Part shown: in pieces, positions 25,317-37,569 of the stretch
Position numbering within the stretch: position 1 is the stretch's first letter
Layout of the letters: the number at the start of each line of letters is the position of its first letter
Assembly (NCBI GenBank): GCA_012295275.1
Contig: CM022677.1
Coordinates: forward strand, 12,524,001-12,588,000
Direction: 5' to 3'
Source of the DNA: Chrysomallon squamiferum
Taxonomy: Eukaryota; Animalia; Mollusca
DNA: 64,000 nucleotides
Translations under genes and position numbers: made by a program
The notes under the pieces: model-generated
Seen by the model: the letters and a program-made list of their open reading frames with translations, nothing else
What the model was told of the DNA's origin: nothing
Databases searched by the model: none

Positions 25317-28300
25317 CTAGACCAGGCGGCCTTGACCTCTCTGAAATGGGAGATAATCGAGCTGAACAACAGGTTGGCACAAGTAACAGCCGAAAGAGAT
25401 CAGTTAGAAAAATAACTGACTAAATGTCAGGTAAGAAATGATTTTCTTCTTTTTTTTTTTTTTTTTGTCCTAGCATTAGCCTGAAATTAAATCTCCACCT
25501 GCCTTTTAATGTTTTATTCTAAGAATATAGCCTGACTAGAAAATAACATGTTTGGCAATAACTCTTGGTGATGATTTAAAGCTACTCTTCTTCATGGAAA
25601 AAGATTTAGAAAATATTTACGTTAATCTGATGACCAAATTTATTTAAAAAAATTATATATTTACTTTCTGTTATTTGGTTATTTTGAATGCTAAGACAAT
25701 AAAACAAAGAATTTTCAATCTATATATGATTTTTCATAAAAAAAAAATTTGTTATTTTGAATGCTATAAGACTGTTATATCCAAAAACCATTCACAACTT
25801 CAAGTATTTTAGTGATTCTACGAGGAACGCGCCACTAAACTTCACAGCGTCATTGCAGAGCTGATGAAGAAAACAGACACCAGATTAATGTCATCAGATC
25901 AGTGGTCTTTATTAAATAATATTTAGTGTGAGTTTGCTGTTCTTCTCTGCTTTTAATGAATGATAAAAACAATAATATAATATATCTGGACACATAATGA
26001 AACATAGTTTTGGCTTGTCATTATGTATTGTAAAATAATACCATTTGTTTGCTGGTTTTTCACTGTTTTTAATGGACAAGAAAAAATTCCTGAAAACCCG
26101 AAGTTCCAGAAATATGCGAAGACATTTAACCATTTTTTTTTCTTTCATTGTATGAGTCAAGTCAGTCATTATTCAGATGTAAAACAACACCATTAGCTTG
26201 CTGTTCTTTACTGTGTTTAATGAAAATACCAAATTCCAGAAAGTGTAAACACATTTGAACGTTTTTTGTGTTTTTCTTTTCTTTTCATTTCTGTGTAGAG
26301 AAGAAGATGATCGGACAAAAGCGATGATGGAGGAAGTATCAACGAGAATAATGCAAATGGCTTCCAGTTTGCGAGACCTGGTATCATTTACTTTTATATA
26401 TATTCTTTGACTGTACAGTTTTGGCTGTTTTAGATAGATGTCCAATTGTTTTAAAACTTTATTAATTTTAATTTTAATTTATTATATATATAGCAACATA
26501 TTATAATTTGTTGGATTTTTTTAAATATTAAATTATAATAATTTGTTTTTTTCTCGTTTACTTACTGCTAGAAGGCATTTAAAAAAATGTAACAAATAAA
26601 TATATAATTAAAATTATATATTTTTCTCATTTTCTTACTGTTAGAAGAATTGAATGAATTAAAAAGAAAAGTTCCAAATAAATATATAATTAAAATGAGA
26701 TATTTTTTCAATCAGTTAATTTGATCAGAAGAGAAAAATAAAATTAAATTTACAAATAAAATTAAAATTCGCTTCATGTATTTTTTTTAGTAATTTTAGA
26801 CGTAAGAAAAGACAGAGAAAATGTCAACGGTGAATGTGAACAAGAACAGATAGGCAGACAGGAAATAGAACTTACCCAGCTATGTAGCCATATTGAATAT
26901 ATTAATGATGACAGGGAGAAGTTGAAAAGAAAGGTAACTCTGCATAAATATTAAAATAATTATATTTATATTTTTATTTGTAGGTAGAATTGATACACAA
27001 AACTTAATTATTGAGATTGCTTTTTCCTTCGCTTATATTAATGGCTTGAACCCAAGAAAACTCCAGAAGCTCAAAGACTGGATTTGGAAAATGCTGTGTT
27101 AATGCAGGAGCTGATGGCTATGAAGGGCAGTCTTATGAAGGGTAGCCCTAACCAAGCATCTGACCTTCTTTGAGAAGGAAAACAAAATCAGACAGACTAA
27201 TCAAACAGGCATTCTTAATTTTATTAATTTTGTCATGAAAATTGTGTTTCAGTTTTTTACTATATTAACTTGCATTTACTTTATTTTTTTTTTTTTTTTT
27301 ATTAATGGCAGTTTGGTCTTTGTGTCTTATTCCATTTATATTAAATAATTTTCTGAATTCTAGGCAGACTGAATATACACACTTTGGACTTTGTCATTTA
27401 CATATGAATTATTTTTCAGGAGGAGAAGGCGGAGGTGAAAGTCAGAACTACTTGATGGAGAAGGAGACTGAGTGGTAAGGAGTCACAGGAGCAGGCCTAC
27501 AGAGTACAGATAGAGCTTCTCAAGTGTGAGATCTCAGAGCACCAGCAGAGACTGGGCAGAGATGGCAAACACAAACATGTGATTATCTCTGTTTTATTTA
27601 TCACTTTATCTCTTCTAGCTAGACTAGCAGGTATATAAACAGTGGAAACATACATAGTAGATATATTTCACATTATTGATGTTATTATTTGTTATTCTTT
27701 GTATGTTTTAAATGTTGATTTAAACAGAGAAAAAATTAAATAATAATAACCAACTTCATATACTGTCTACTGATTTTATTATGTGTGTATTCTAAAACAC
27801 TGATTTGTCATATAAACACATGTAAATAATAATAACTTACTTGATAGACTGTCTATTTATTTTATTATGTGTGTATTCTAAACACTGATTTGTCATATAA
27901 ACACATCTAAATAATAATACTAACTTACTTGATAGACTGTCTATTTATTTTATTAAGTGAGTATTCTAAATGTACTGCCTTGTTAATATAAACACAGAAA
28001 ACTAAAGAATAACTTACTATATAATGTCATTGATTCTGTGTGTCATAACTACTGATGCTGTATTCGCAGTTCTTTATTATAATTTTAAACAGTATGTTTT
28101 CTAAGAATACTGAGTGTAACAGAAATGTAATAATAAAATAATGATAGGTTGTCATAACATTGATTTTGTATGCCATAACTACTGAACTTGTTCTTTTAAA
28201 ATAATAATGAATTCAAAACCTTTGTAATTATTCAAATTTTAAATGTTTTAAATTTTGATTCATCATTTAATAATTTTAATTTTGTTAGGTAACAGAGTTT

Positions 28301-28670
28301 CAATCATTTATCATCATGATGGAGAAGATAATTGTTTATACAATTTTAATTTAATTATTATAATCAAATTTTAATTGTATATCATAATGACAAGGATGAT
28401 AATCTGATAGCTTTCATAATTACTAAAAAATTTCAATGAATAATCATTTATCATCATGATGATGAAGATGAGGAGCTGACAGCGACAGCTATCTGTGAGT
28501 TGAGATTGAATGATATGATGGAGATAGCTTAGGACCTGTGTGAGAAGAGAAAAACGACTCAAATTCAGAGTTCAAGAGTTAGTGGCTGCTCTAGAGAAAA
28601 TCTCTAAAAACTCAGAAATCAGACATCAGCAGTCAGCAGAGTTTGTCAATGACCTGAAACGAGCTAACAG
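25317..28670 (+). pseudogene. MCC: Unprocessed (intron-retaining) pseudogene of MCC, colorectal mutant cancer protein (MCC/USHBP1 family), internally deleted and lacking its last exon
   Basis: Exons: 25317-25430 LDQAALTSLKWEIIELNNRLAQVTAERDQLEK*LTKCQ (ag/gt, TAA at 25413); ~25816-25898 YEERATKLHSVIAELMKK; 26299-26380 REEDD; 26800-26933 ...INDDREKLKRK; ~27045-27125 EAQRLDLENAVLMQELMAMK; 27420-27578 EEKAEVK/NYLMEKE/ESQEQAYRVQIELLKCEI (frameshifted); ~28460-28670 RREKRLKFRVQELVAALEKISKNSEIRHQQSAEFVNDLKRAN|gt. These match recalled human MCC segments (AALASLKGDIVELNKRL; YEERITELHSVIAEL; QRLDLENAVLMQELMAMKEE; SEIRHQQSAEFVNDLKRAN) in order. Confidence 0.93.
27768..28025 (+). repeat. ~90 bp tandem repeat, about 3 copies, in an MCC intron
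   Basis: ttttattatgtgtgtattctaaacactgatttgtcatataaacaca...taacttacttgatagactgtctatttat repeated. Confidence 0.85.
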
Positions 28671-29519
28671 GTAAACATACAGGTGTATGTGTGCACGTCA
28701 CACATATATGCATACATACACACTTGCTCATGCAAACACATACACAAATTTTAAACGAAAGTTCAAATAATATTTAGAGACATTTTAATACTAAACTTAT
28801 TATTATAACCTAAACTGCCATAATGTCATTGATTTCCTTTTTATTGGTGTACAAATGTTTGCATTACATATATACTTACCCAAGCAAACACACATACAAA
28901 CATTTTCAAACATTCAAATTATATTTAGAAACATTTTAATACTAAGCTTATTATATGAATATTATAAATCTAAACTGCCATAGTGTCACTGATTTTATTT
29001 TTTCCTTTTTACTGCATTTTTTTTGCAAGATTTTTTGTTTAGTTTTATAATCACTTTTACTGATATTGTTCTTATTAACATTTATATATTTTTAATATAA
29101 ATTACATATCTAATTTTATTTCCTGCTTTTGCTGATAGCGTTAGTAATTCTGTAACATGATTGAGGTATCTAATATTACATATCTTTATTTCACTTTATT
29201 TTTTGTTCTATAATGTCTTTATTATCATTAGTATTTTTGGTAAATAAATAATTTAATTTTACATCTTATTATTTCACTTTATTTCATAAATCACTAATAT
29301 CATTTTACTTTTTTAAACCAATGTTACATAATAGTTACATAGCTTTTTAATATTACTTTTATATCATTAGTATTTTTGTAACATAAAATATATTATAATT
29401 TTATATTTCTTTATATTTTACTTATATTTTGACTCATTACCAGCATATCTCCATAAAGTAAATTCTCTTTCTAGTATTGGTAAAAAGGTATCATTAACAC
29501 TACCATGCACGTCAACATT

Positions 29520-29857
29520 AGAAAAACAACAGAAACGACACATCAGAGGCTGTATCTGCAACAGAACAAGATCAGACAGAGACTCGGGAAGGCAGCATTC
29601 AAGAGATGTTTCACCACACTGATGATTCGAAGGACCAAGCTAGTCCTGTTCCTGATTCAGTCAACAGAGTGGGACCAATGCACCCAGGTCCCTATCCCCT
29701 ACTTCAGCATCACACAAATCTAGGCCATTTTCTACAGATGGGATACAAAAGACTAATGATAATGTGAATCAACAGTCTGGTGTCAAGTGATCTGTCAGGC
29801 CTGTGTTAGAATGTTTTCAGAAACCTCTCAACAGTGGCAGGGTGTGTTTTGTTAGTT

Positions 29858-29922
<65 letters not shown>

Positions 29923-30600
29923 AATATTGCATGAATGATAATAATCAAAATAGCATATGCATTAATCAGACAGATGTAGATTGATAAAAAGAAAGTATTA
30001 TGTTCATGTTGGAATGGCTAAAAACATTGTTTACTGTTGATGTTAAATATTTTATATAGGTCATTGCAGTATTGTCCAGTTGCTGTCTAGAAAGGGAATT
30101 TACATTATGGAGAAGGATGAATCAGCTGTACAGACACTGCAGACTGCACAATTCCAAGTAGTAAGTTTTTTTATCTTATTTCTATTTCTTGGTAAGTAAA
30201 ATAAGTTTTACAGTAACAACTCTTTACTGATTGTAAAACAGCATAATAATAATCATTTGTTTCCTGTTGTTTTGTTAATTATTTAAATTATTACCTTTAT
30301 CATCATTATTATTATAATGGATATACAAAGTATATAAAAAATAACCCACACCCCTTTGTGTCTGAATAATCCAGTAACTGATAACAGCAAAAATTTTAAT
30401 TTAATAATAACAGAAACATTAGTTATTTATTTATAACAGTTTATTATTTTTATTATTTTATTTTCTATTTATGTTTTTCAGTATGCACATAATTGATGTT
30501 GATGTTTGCTAGTGAAGTTGTTTCAGTAGAAGGTGCTGTCCAGCACTGAGAATAAAGTTTGTACTGCTGCCACTGGAAAAGAGAAAAAATACTGAACAGG
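29520..30600 (+). pseudogene. Inverted paralogous piece (two exon-like blocks plus intron) of the 13690-19705 gene
   Basis: 29545-29660 (gagactcgggaaggca...tcgaaggaccaagctagtcctgttcctgattcag) matches rc of ~17995-18105. 30140-30600 matches rc of ~17535-17985, including the intron. Confidence 0.8.
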
Positions 30601-30707
30601 TGAATTTAAGTTAGTTTTCTTAATATTCTAAACCTAATGACGTTTAATTTAATTTAATGTAGGACGTTGCATTGTGTAACATACATTAGAATCTTGTGTC
30701 ATACACT

Positions 30708-30709
<2 letters not shown>

Positions 30710-30801
<92 letters not shown>
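30710..30801. repeat. (CT)n microsatellite
   Basis: About 45 perfect units. Confidence 0.98.
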
Positions 30802-30804
<3 letters not shown>

Positions 30805-31769
30805 GTCAGCAGTATACTAAACTTTGGATTTAAACTGTTTATTATCAGAAGTTAAATCAGCTTGTTAAGGATAAAAATATTTGAAGTATTTGGTGCTGTC
30901 CAGCAAGTATTTAAATATATTATTTTTCGTAAACCTTTCCATTTTATTTCAGTTTTAAATAATTCTGTGCAAAATGTTTTCTCTTATACTGAATTAAAAC
31001 ACATATTTGAAAATATAATACATTTGTTTTTTTGTAAAATGATGTACAGAAAATGAATAGAATCAATGTAATAATTTGCAGGACAGCCTAATAGAACATT
31101 TGTATACATTTGTAATTTGATGTTATTAATATCTCACCTACCACGTAAAGTATTAAATGTTTGTATTTCAGATTACAGCATGTAATTTTAATAAAAATAA
31201 TTTCTCAAATGTTTTTATATTCCTATTTGCAATCAGATTAACATTATGTTTTTAACTTTTATATAAAAGGATTAAAATAGCAATATATATCATGTTTGAT
31301 GTATTTTGATTAGTACAGTGACTTTGTAAAATTCATTAATTATATTTGGAATGAACAGTAAAAAACAAATAATAATAAAAAAAGTAAAATTATTTCCATC
31401 GGATCAGCCACTGAATTTATTCTATTTTATTAAAAGTTGTATGTCAAACTGTCTAATAACCAATTTAAAGTGTCAAGCTTACCTCGCTCTATGTCATTTC
31501 AGCCTATGTCAAATTTATCTTTGATTCATGTGGTCAAACAATTAAATTGTTTAACATTTGTAAACTCCATTTTGCAGTTTTCTTCAGCATTGGCAACAGT
31601 TGTACATTTTCCTCCACAGTGCAGACTCAAAGCAGTTTCCAGTCAGAAAGAAAGAAGAAAACATAGACCTAAAAAATGGATTGATTATGAATTATATTGT
31701 AATAGTACTTACAGAATTTGAATATAAATGGAGCAAAAGTTGAAGTTCATTTAAGAAATGACTTTTTAT

Positions 31770-32730
31770 CAGACATGACTACATATCAGCAGTTGTTACA
31801 GTGTTAAAACACTAGTGATACCCACATATATTATTTGTCAGAATCCATTACATGTCTGCTGTTGTTGTAGTGGTAAAACACTAGTGATACCCATATTTAT
31901 TATTGTCAGACATACACTATATGTCAGTAGCTGTGGTAGTTTCAAAACAGTAGCCATAACCATATTTATTGTTGTGAGACATCGACTACATGTATGCTGT
32001 TGTTGTAGTGGTAAAATACTAGGGATACCCATATTTATTATTGTGAGACATCGACTACATGTATGCTGTTGTTGTAGTGGTAAAATACTAGGGATACCCA
32101 TATTTATTGTTGTGAGACATCGACTACATCTATGCTGTTGTTGTAGTGGTAAAATAATGGGGATACCCATATTTATTGTTGTGAGACATCGACTACATCT
32201 ATGCTGTTGTTGTAGTGGTAAAATACTAGGGATACCCATATTTATTGTTGTTGTCAGACATACAGTACAGTCTGTTGTTGAGTTAGTTGTAAAACAGCAG
32301 CGATTCCCATATTTATTGTACATGTCTGATGTTGTTGTAGTGGTAAAACACTAGGGATAACCATATTTATTGTTGTGCAAGACTGACTACATGACTACAT
32401 GTCTGTTGTTGCTGTAGTGGTAAAACACTAAAGATATCCATATTTACATTATCCATTATCACAAATACACTACATAACTGCTGTAGTTGTAGTGGTAAAA
32501 CACTAGTGATACCAGATTTATTGTTCTCAGACATCCATTATGTGTCTGCTGTAGTTGTAGTGGTAAAACACTAGTGATATACCAGATTTATTGTTGTTGT
32601 CAGACATACACTAGATGTCTGATGTTGTAGTGGTAAAACACTAGCATAACCCATATTTATTGTTGTCAGACATCAACTACATAGCTGGAATCTGCTATTG
32701 TTCTGGAGGTAAGACACTAGCCATACTCAT
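31770..32730 (+). repeat. 69 bp minisatellite, about 13-14 copies, most homogeneous in the centre
   Basis: Unit catatttattgttgtgagacatcgactacatgtatgctgttgttgtagtggtaaaatactagggatacc; source of the 23-aa repeats in ORFs 31815-32354 and 31838-32323. Confidence 0.95.
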
Positions 32731-32739
32731 GTTTAAAGA

Positions 32740-33850
32740 AATAATCTGTCGCATTTTCAGATTAGTATTAACAACCCAGATTCTTCTAATTTCCTCTCAG
32801 CTCTGAACTGTTTTCTGCCTCTAGCCATGTCTCAGCAGTCTTTTTATTAACTTGTCTTTTGCCTGTATCACTGCTAGAGGTTCTAAAGAGTAGCTGGGAA
32901 ATGAGGTTATGGCTGTTCAGCTGTGACTGTTGCTTGTGTGACTTTTCTTCCACCACTGTTTAGAACTTGTCTCATTGTGTGGGAACTCATGTACTACTAG
33001 CAGTATCGCAAAGCAGCGTCCACTGAAGTAGACATCATTCCATGAAATATCTTCCTGAATAGACCATCAGCATTCTTATTGTGTTGTGCTGAATATTTCA
33101 CATCAAATTCAAATGCCACCAGCTGTGACACCCATCTCTGTTCCACTGCACACAATTTTATGGTACCAAGAGAACTTAGTGGATTGTTGTCTGTATAGAT
33201 AGTAAATTTGTGTCCGAGGAGATAATCTTAGATAATAGACATTTGGACTATTGGACAGTCAGAAACAGTTCTGTCAAATTCTTGATTGTAAACAGACTCG
33301 GATAAGTCAGAACCTTTTTCCTGTACTGTCCGACTAACAACAGTAGAGGGTCGAATTTTCCTGTCTGCTCTTGCTGATCTCCAACCAAACCTCGTCATCT
33401 TGTTGTACTCCTAGGTAGAGTGTACAGGGTATTGACTTCCTTGTCTTCTACTTATCCACCTACATCTGGGAAAATCTCTCTGCCTGCTTCTAGTGCAGTC
33501 CCTAGCGAAATGGCCAGGGCTGTTGTAATAAAAAAACAGGAGGGTTGATCGCTGGTGGAGAAGTAGTTTGCTGAATATGTTGCAGTGTAGTTGCAAACAT
33601 ATCAGATAGATTTTCTATCTGCTTATGCTGCTTTGGTATGTTGATGTTTAAGAAGTGACATCTGCAACCAATGTTCTGGATGTTACTTTGTGTTTTGCAG
33701 TGCTGGAACACCCCTCTGCCGGATAATTGTTTTAGTTCTTCCAACAGTTTAAAGGTTTCTTCATGACCAGACATCTTAGCTCTGATTGCCTCAACTTTGA
33801 AGATAAGAACGCTGGTAACGTATCTTCCAATACTGCAATACAAAATACAG
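32740..33850 (-). mobile_element. Gypsy (Ty3) LTR-retrotransposon internal remnant: gag end, zinc knuckle and RNase H; protease and RT deleted
   Basis: Minus strand: degenerate knuckle YNSPGHFARDC (~33490-33530); TVSDCPIVQM (pre-protease), directly followed by DYLLGHKFTIYTDNNPLSSLGTIKLCAVEQRWVSQLVAFEFDVKYSAQHNKNADGLFR (33227-33055), typical Gypsy RNase H; then FPSYSLEPLAVIQAKDKLI. No LTRs seen. Confidence 0.9.
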
Positions 33851-33875
33851 TCATTACTATGACTGTTCTTGTTCA

Positions 33876-33912
<37 letters not shown>

Positions 33913-34618
33913 TTTATTGATTATTTTATTATTATTATTATTTTTATTGTTATTATTATCATTATTATTATTATTATTAAATTAACTAATGACATTATGT
34001 GCTTTAATCTGAGATAAAACTGATAAAATAATGTAACTAACAAAATTATTATAATTCCAATATTACAATATTGGTAATGTATGATTTACTGAAGGCCTCA
34101 CTGTTATTGAGCAATGAGAAATAAAAGTATCAAATTTAAATTCAAAACACACCAATCATTTCAAATTGTTTTGATTAACTGCAATTTGTCATTCACTTAT
34201 TTTCTTTACAAATCTGCAACAGACATTTAAGTGTCTAGTCAAACCAATTATCTGATTAAACCAAACAAAGCCTCACGACAATCATCGTTAAAATAAATAA
34301 CAATAAGAACCATCTGTAATTACATTATCTGAGCTAGACATTCTGGTAACTGACCATCAAAACCAAAAATTATTCTGACACCTAAAATGGGCCTCATTGT
34401 GATTATAAAAACAAAACAAAAATTCTAGCAACCCCATGGGAAACTGCAAAATGCAGTAATCCAACATACTTACAACTACTAACTCACCACTGTTACTAGC
34501 AAGGACAACATTACTCCTTTAGTAAATAAAAAAATAATAAAAAATAAATAAATAAATAAATAAAACAAGAACAGAACTAAAAGGAGTAAAAAATAATAGA
34601 AACAAAAACAAAAAAACA

Positions 34619-34663
<45 letters not shown>

Positions 34664-37569
34664 TTATGAAAAATATATTAACATTAAACTTATTTTAAAA
34701 TTAATTCAGTCTTATTTTTATTACTAATACTTTAGTAAACTTTAAATGAAATGAAGTAAACTGAAACTGCTTTTATAAATTACTTTGTTGTTTTTTAACT
34801 ATTTAGTGTAAACATTAAATATGAAATAAAAGCAATTTTTAAAACCATTTTGTTATTTCTTTTTCCTATTTTCTGTAAACAATTTATTATTAAATGAAAT
34901 AAAATAAAATTATGTTAAGTTAATGCATCTGTTTTGATATTTTATGTAAACAATTAATTGTTATATGAAAAAAATTATTTTTGAAATTATTGTTTATTTT
35001 ACTATTTTTCTATTAAATGAAATAAATATGGTTTTTGAAATTACTGTGTTAACAACTATTAAATGAAGTAATTTTAAAAACTAAAATTTACCACTTTCTG
35101 TAACCATTAATCAAAATAAAACTGATTTTAAAACAACAATGTGCTTGTTTTCTTTATTAATAATTTATTACTAACATTACTAACATTTATATATATATGA
35201 TGGGGAGGGTATACAGATCTGCTGAATACTTTTGAGGGGAGGGTTAATTCTCTAGGGACAGGGAAGTGATGGGTAAGATCAAAGTAAAACAGTAGATAAG
35301 TGCTGGTGTAGGTGGACATTTTTAAAAAAAATAAAAATTGGATTTGGGCAACATGGTTATTTTCAGTGACTTGTTTATGTAGATATGTTTCTTAGTTACG
35401 TACACTTAATTATAACTATACAACACTAACTGAGTTTACATTCATACAACTTTTTAAATTAAATTTTATCTTTCTCAAATTTATTTTTCTTAAATTTCTT
35501 AGGATTTTTTATTTTTTATTATTGTTGTTGTTGAGATAGAAGCTATTTTGATATATTAATTCTGTACAAGAATATATCTAAGAAAATAAGCAGATGAAGA
35601 CAGTGATTCAGTATCTTTTCTAACCATTCTCGCTTTTTTGTATTAAATATTGTTATTGTTAGTAGGAGCAGTAGTAGTATAAATTGTATGAGTGGCAGCA
35701 GTAATAGTAGTAGTAGTAATAATAGTAGAAGTAGTAGTTAAAACATACCACAGTTTTTTATAAATGAAGATATTAGCTGTACACTGTCTATGAAATATGT
35801 TCATCAAACAATAACAGAATAACAGAAAAAATAACACAACAAAAATATTTTCACTAATCATTTATTTTTAAGAAAAAGACAAATGAAAATGGAATACAAA
35901 TTTTTTTTTTTTTGCAAAACATGACATGATGCAAAAATGAGAGAAAAAAATTAAAAATACAAATACTGAAAATTATTATTGAGCATTCATGTAGGTATTT
36001 CACAACCATTCATAAAAACTGACAGACAGACAGACAGACTAGAAAACAGAACATAGATTCATAACTAGATTAATGAACAGAAATACAGTAAGAAAAAATA
36101 AAATTAAATGAAATTGAATGAGAGAAAAATATACAGAAATGAAAGAAAAATGTATGAGGATGATATTGAGACAGAAGAATATAAAAGAGGAAAAATTTAG
36201 AAATTTTTAAATATTATATTTTTATCCTGAAAATATTGAGGTTTTTAAAAAATAAAAAAATAAAAAAAATATAAAAAGATGAGGTTATTTGTTCAAAAAT
36301 ATCTACTCATGCATGCACATACACACATTAATTAGATAGCAATGCTATATATTGAAAACTACATATTAACATCAAATAACTGTTTTATAGTCAAACATTA
36401 ATTAGATAGCAATGTTAATACTGAAAATTTATATACTAACATCATTTATTAAAATAATATGTTTAACTTTCATTAAATTATTAAAGTTATATTTTAATAC
36501 TAAAATGTTAACATTATAAAAAAATCCTGACAAATCCATTACATATCACACCAACACACATTAAATAAAATTAAAATAAACATCACACAACCAAACAAAA
36601 GAGAACAAAACCCACCAAATCAAAACATATTGTTGAAAATATTGGACATTTGTTGTTCAAAGTGATTTAATAATAATGGAATTAACATTTATATCTGAAG
36701 ACTTTTTGATGTTGATTTCAAAATTGCATGATCCAAATATTGCAAACATCTCACATTAACAGTAAAACAAACAAGTTTTGAGAATTAAAAAAGAAATTAC
36801 TAATATAAAAGTAATAATAATTATTATTATAATAAAAAATTAAAATAACATCACTAATACATATTTAAGTACTGAGTGTTAATGAGGTTTGTTAGCATTC
36901 TTAAAATGAAAGAAAGTTGTTTTTACACACACACACACACGTGTGTGAGGCATGCATACGCACATACAATGATAGCAGAATATAAATATCTTTCTCTTGC
37001 TCCACACAAATAACATATTAACAGACACCAAGGAAACATTAAATAATAAGTATATTTTTAAAACAGCACTTTTATCAAATTCCAGAAATATAATAAGAGT
37101 TAAAAAAGATGCTAACACAAAGATAGAAAGTAAAAACCTTCAAATGTGGACAGTATTGAATATTCACTACACATAATTAGCTGATACAACACTGATCAAA
37201 AAGTTTCTATAAAATATGAATGCCACCCATATTTTACACCTGTACTGTCAAAGATACATCTAAAAATATTAAAACATCTTTATAAAGTAAATTGTTCTAA
37301 AAGATAAATTATAATGAACAGAACTTTCCATCAAATTAAAAAAGTAACAAACACATTTTTTAACAAAGAAAAAAGGAACAACCTAACAAACCTAGGCATT
37401 TCTCATCAGCTTCAGGCAAAATTCACTTTTATCTAGAATGTATGTAACAACAAACAAAACAAAATAAAAATGTATAACTTACTTGTTTAGTGTGATGATG
37501 ATGATGATGATATTTGATATTTCTTTATTGTATTAATATCTGGATAAAATATTAAATATTTAAATTTGT

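Noticed and set aside
31770-32730. CRISPR-like appearance of regular repeats (also 12262-12765 and 20042-20570)
   Set aside because: Head-to-tail tandem units with no unique spacers, no cas genes and a eukaryotic context.
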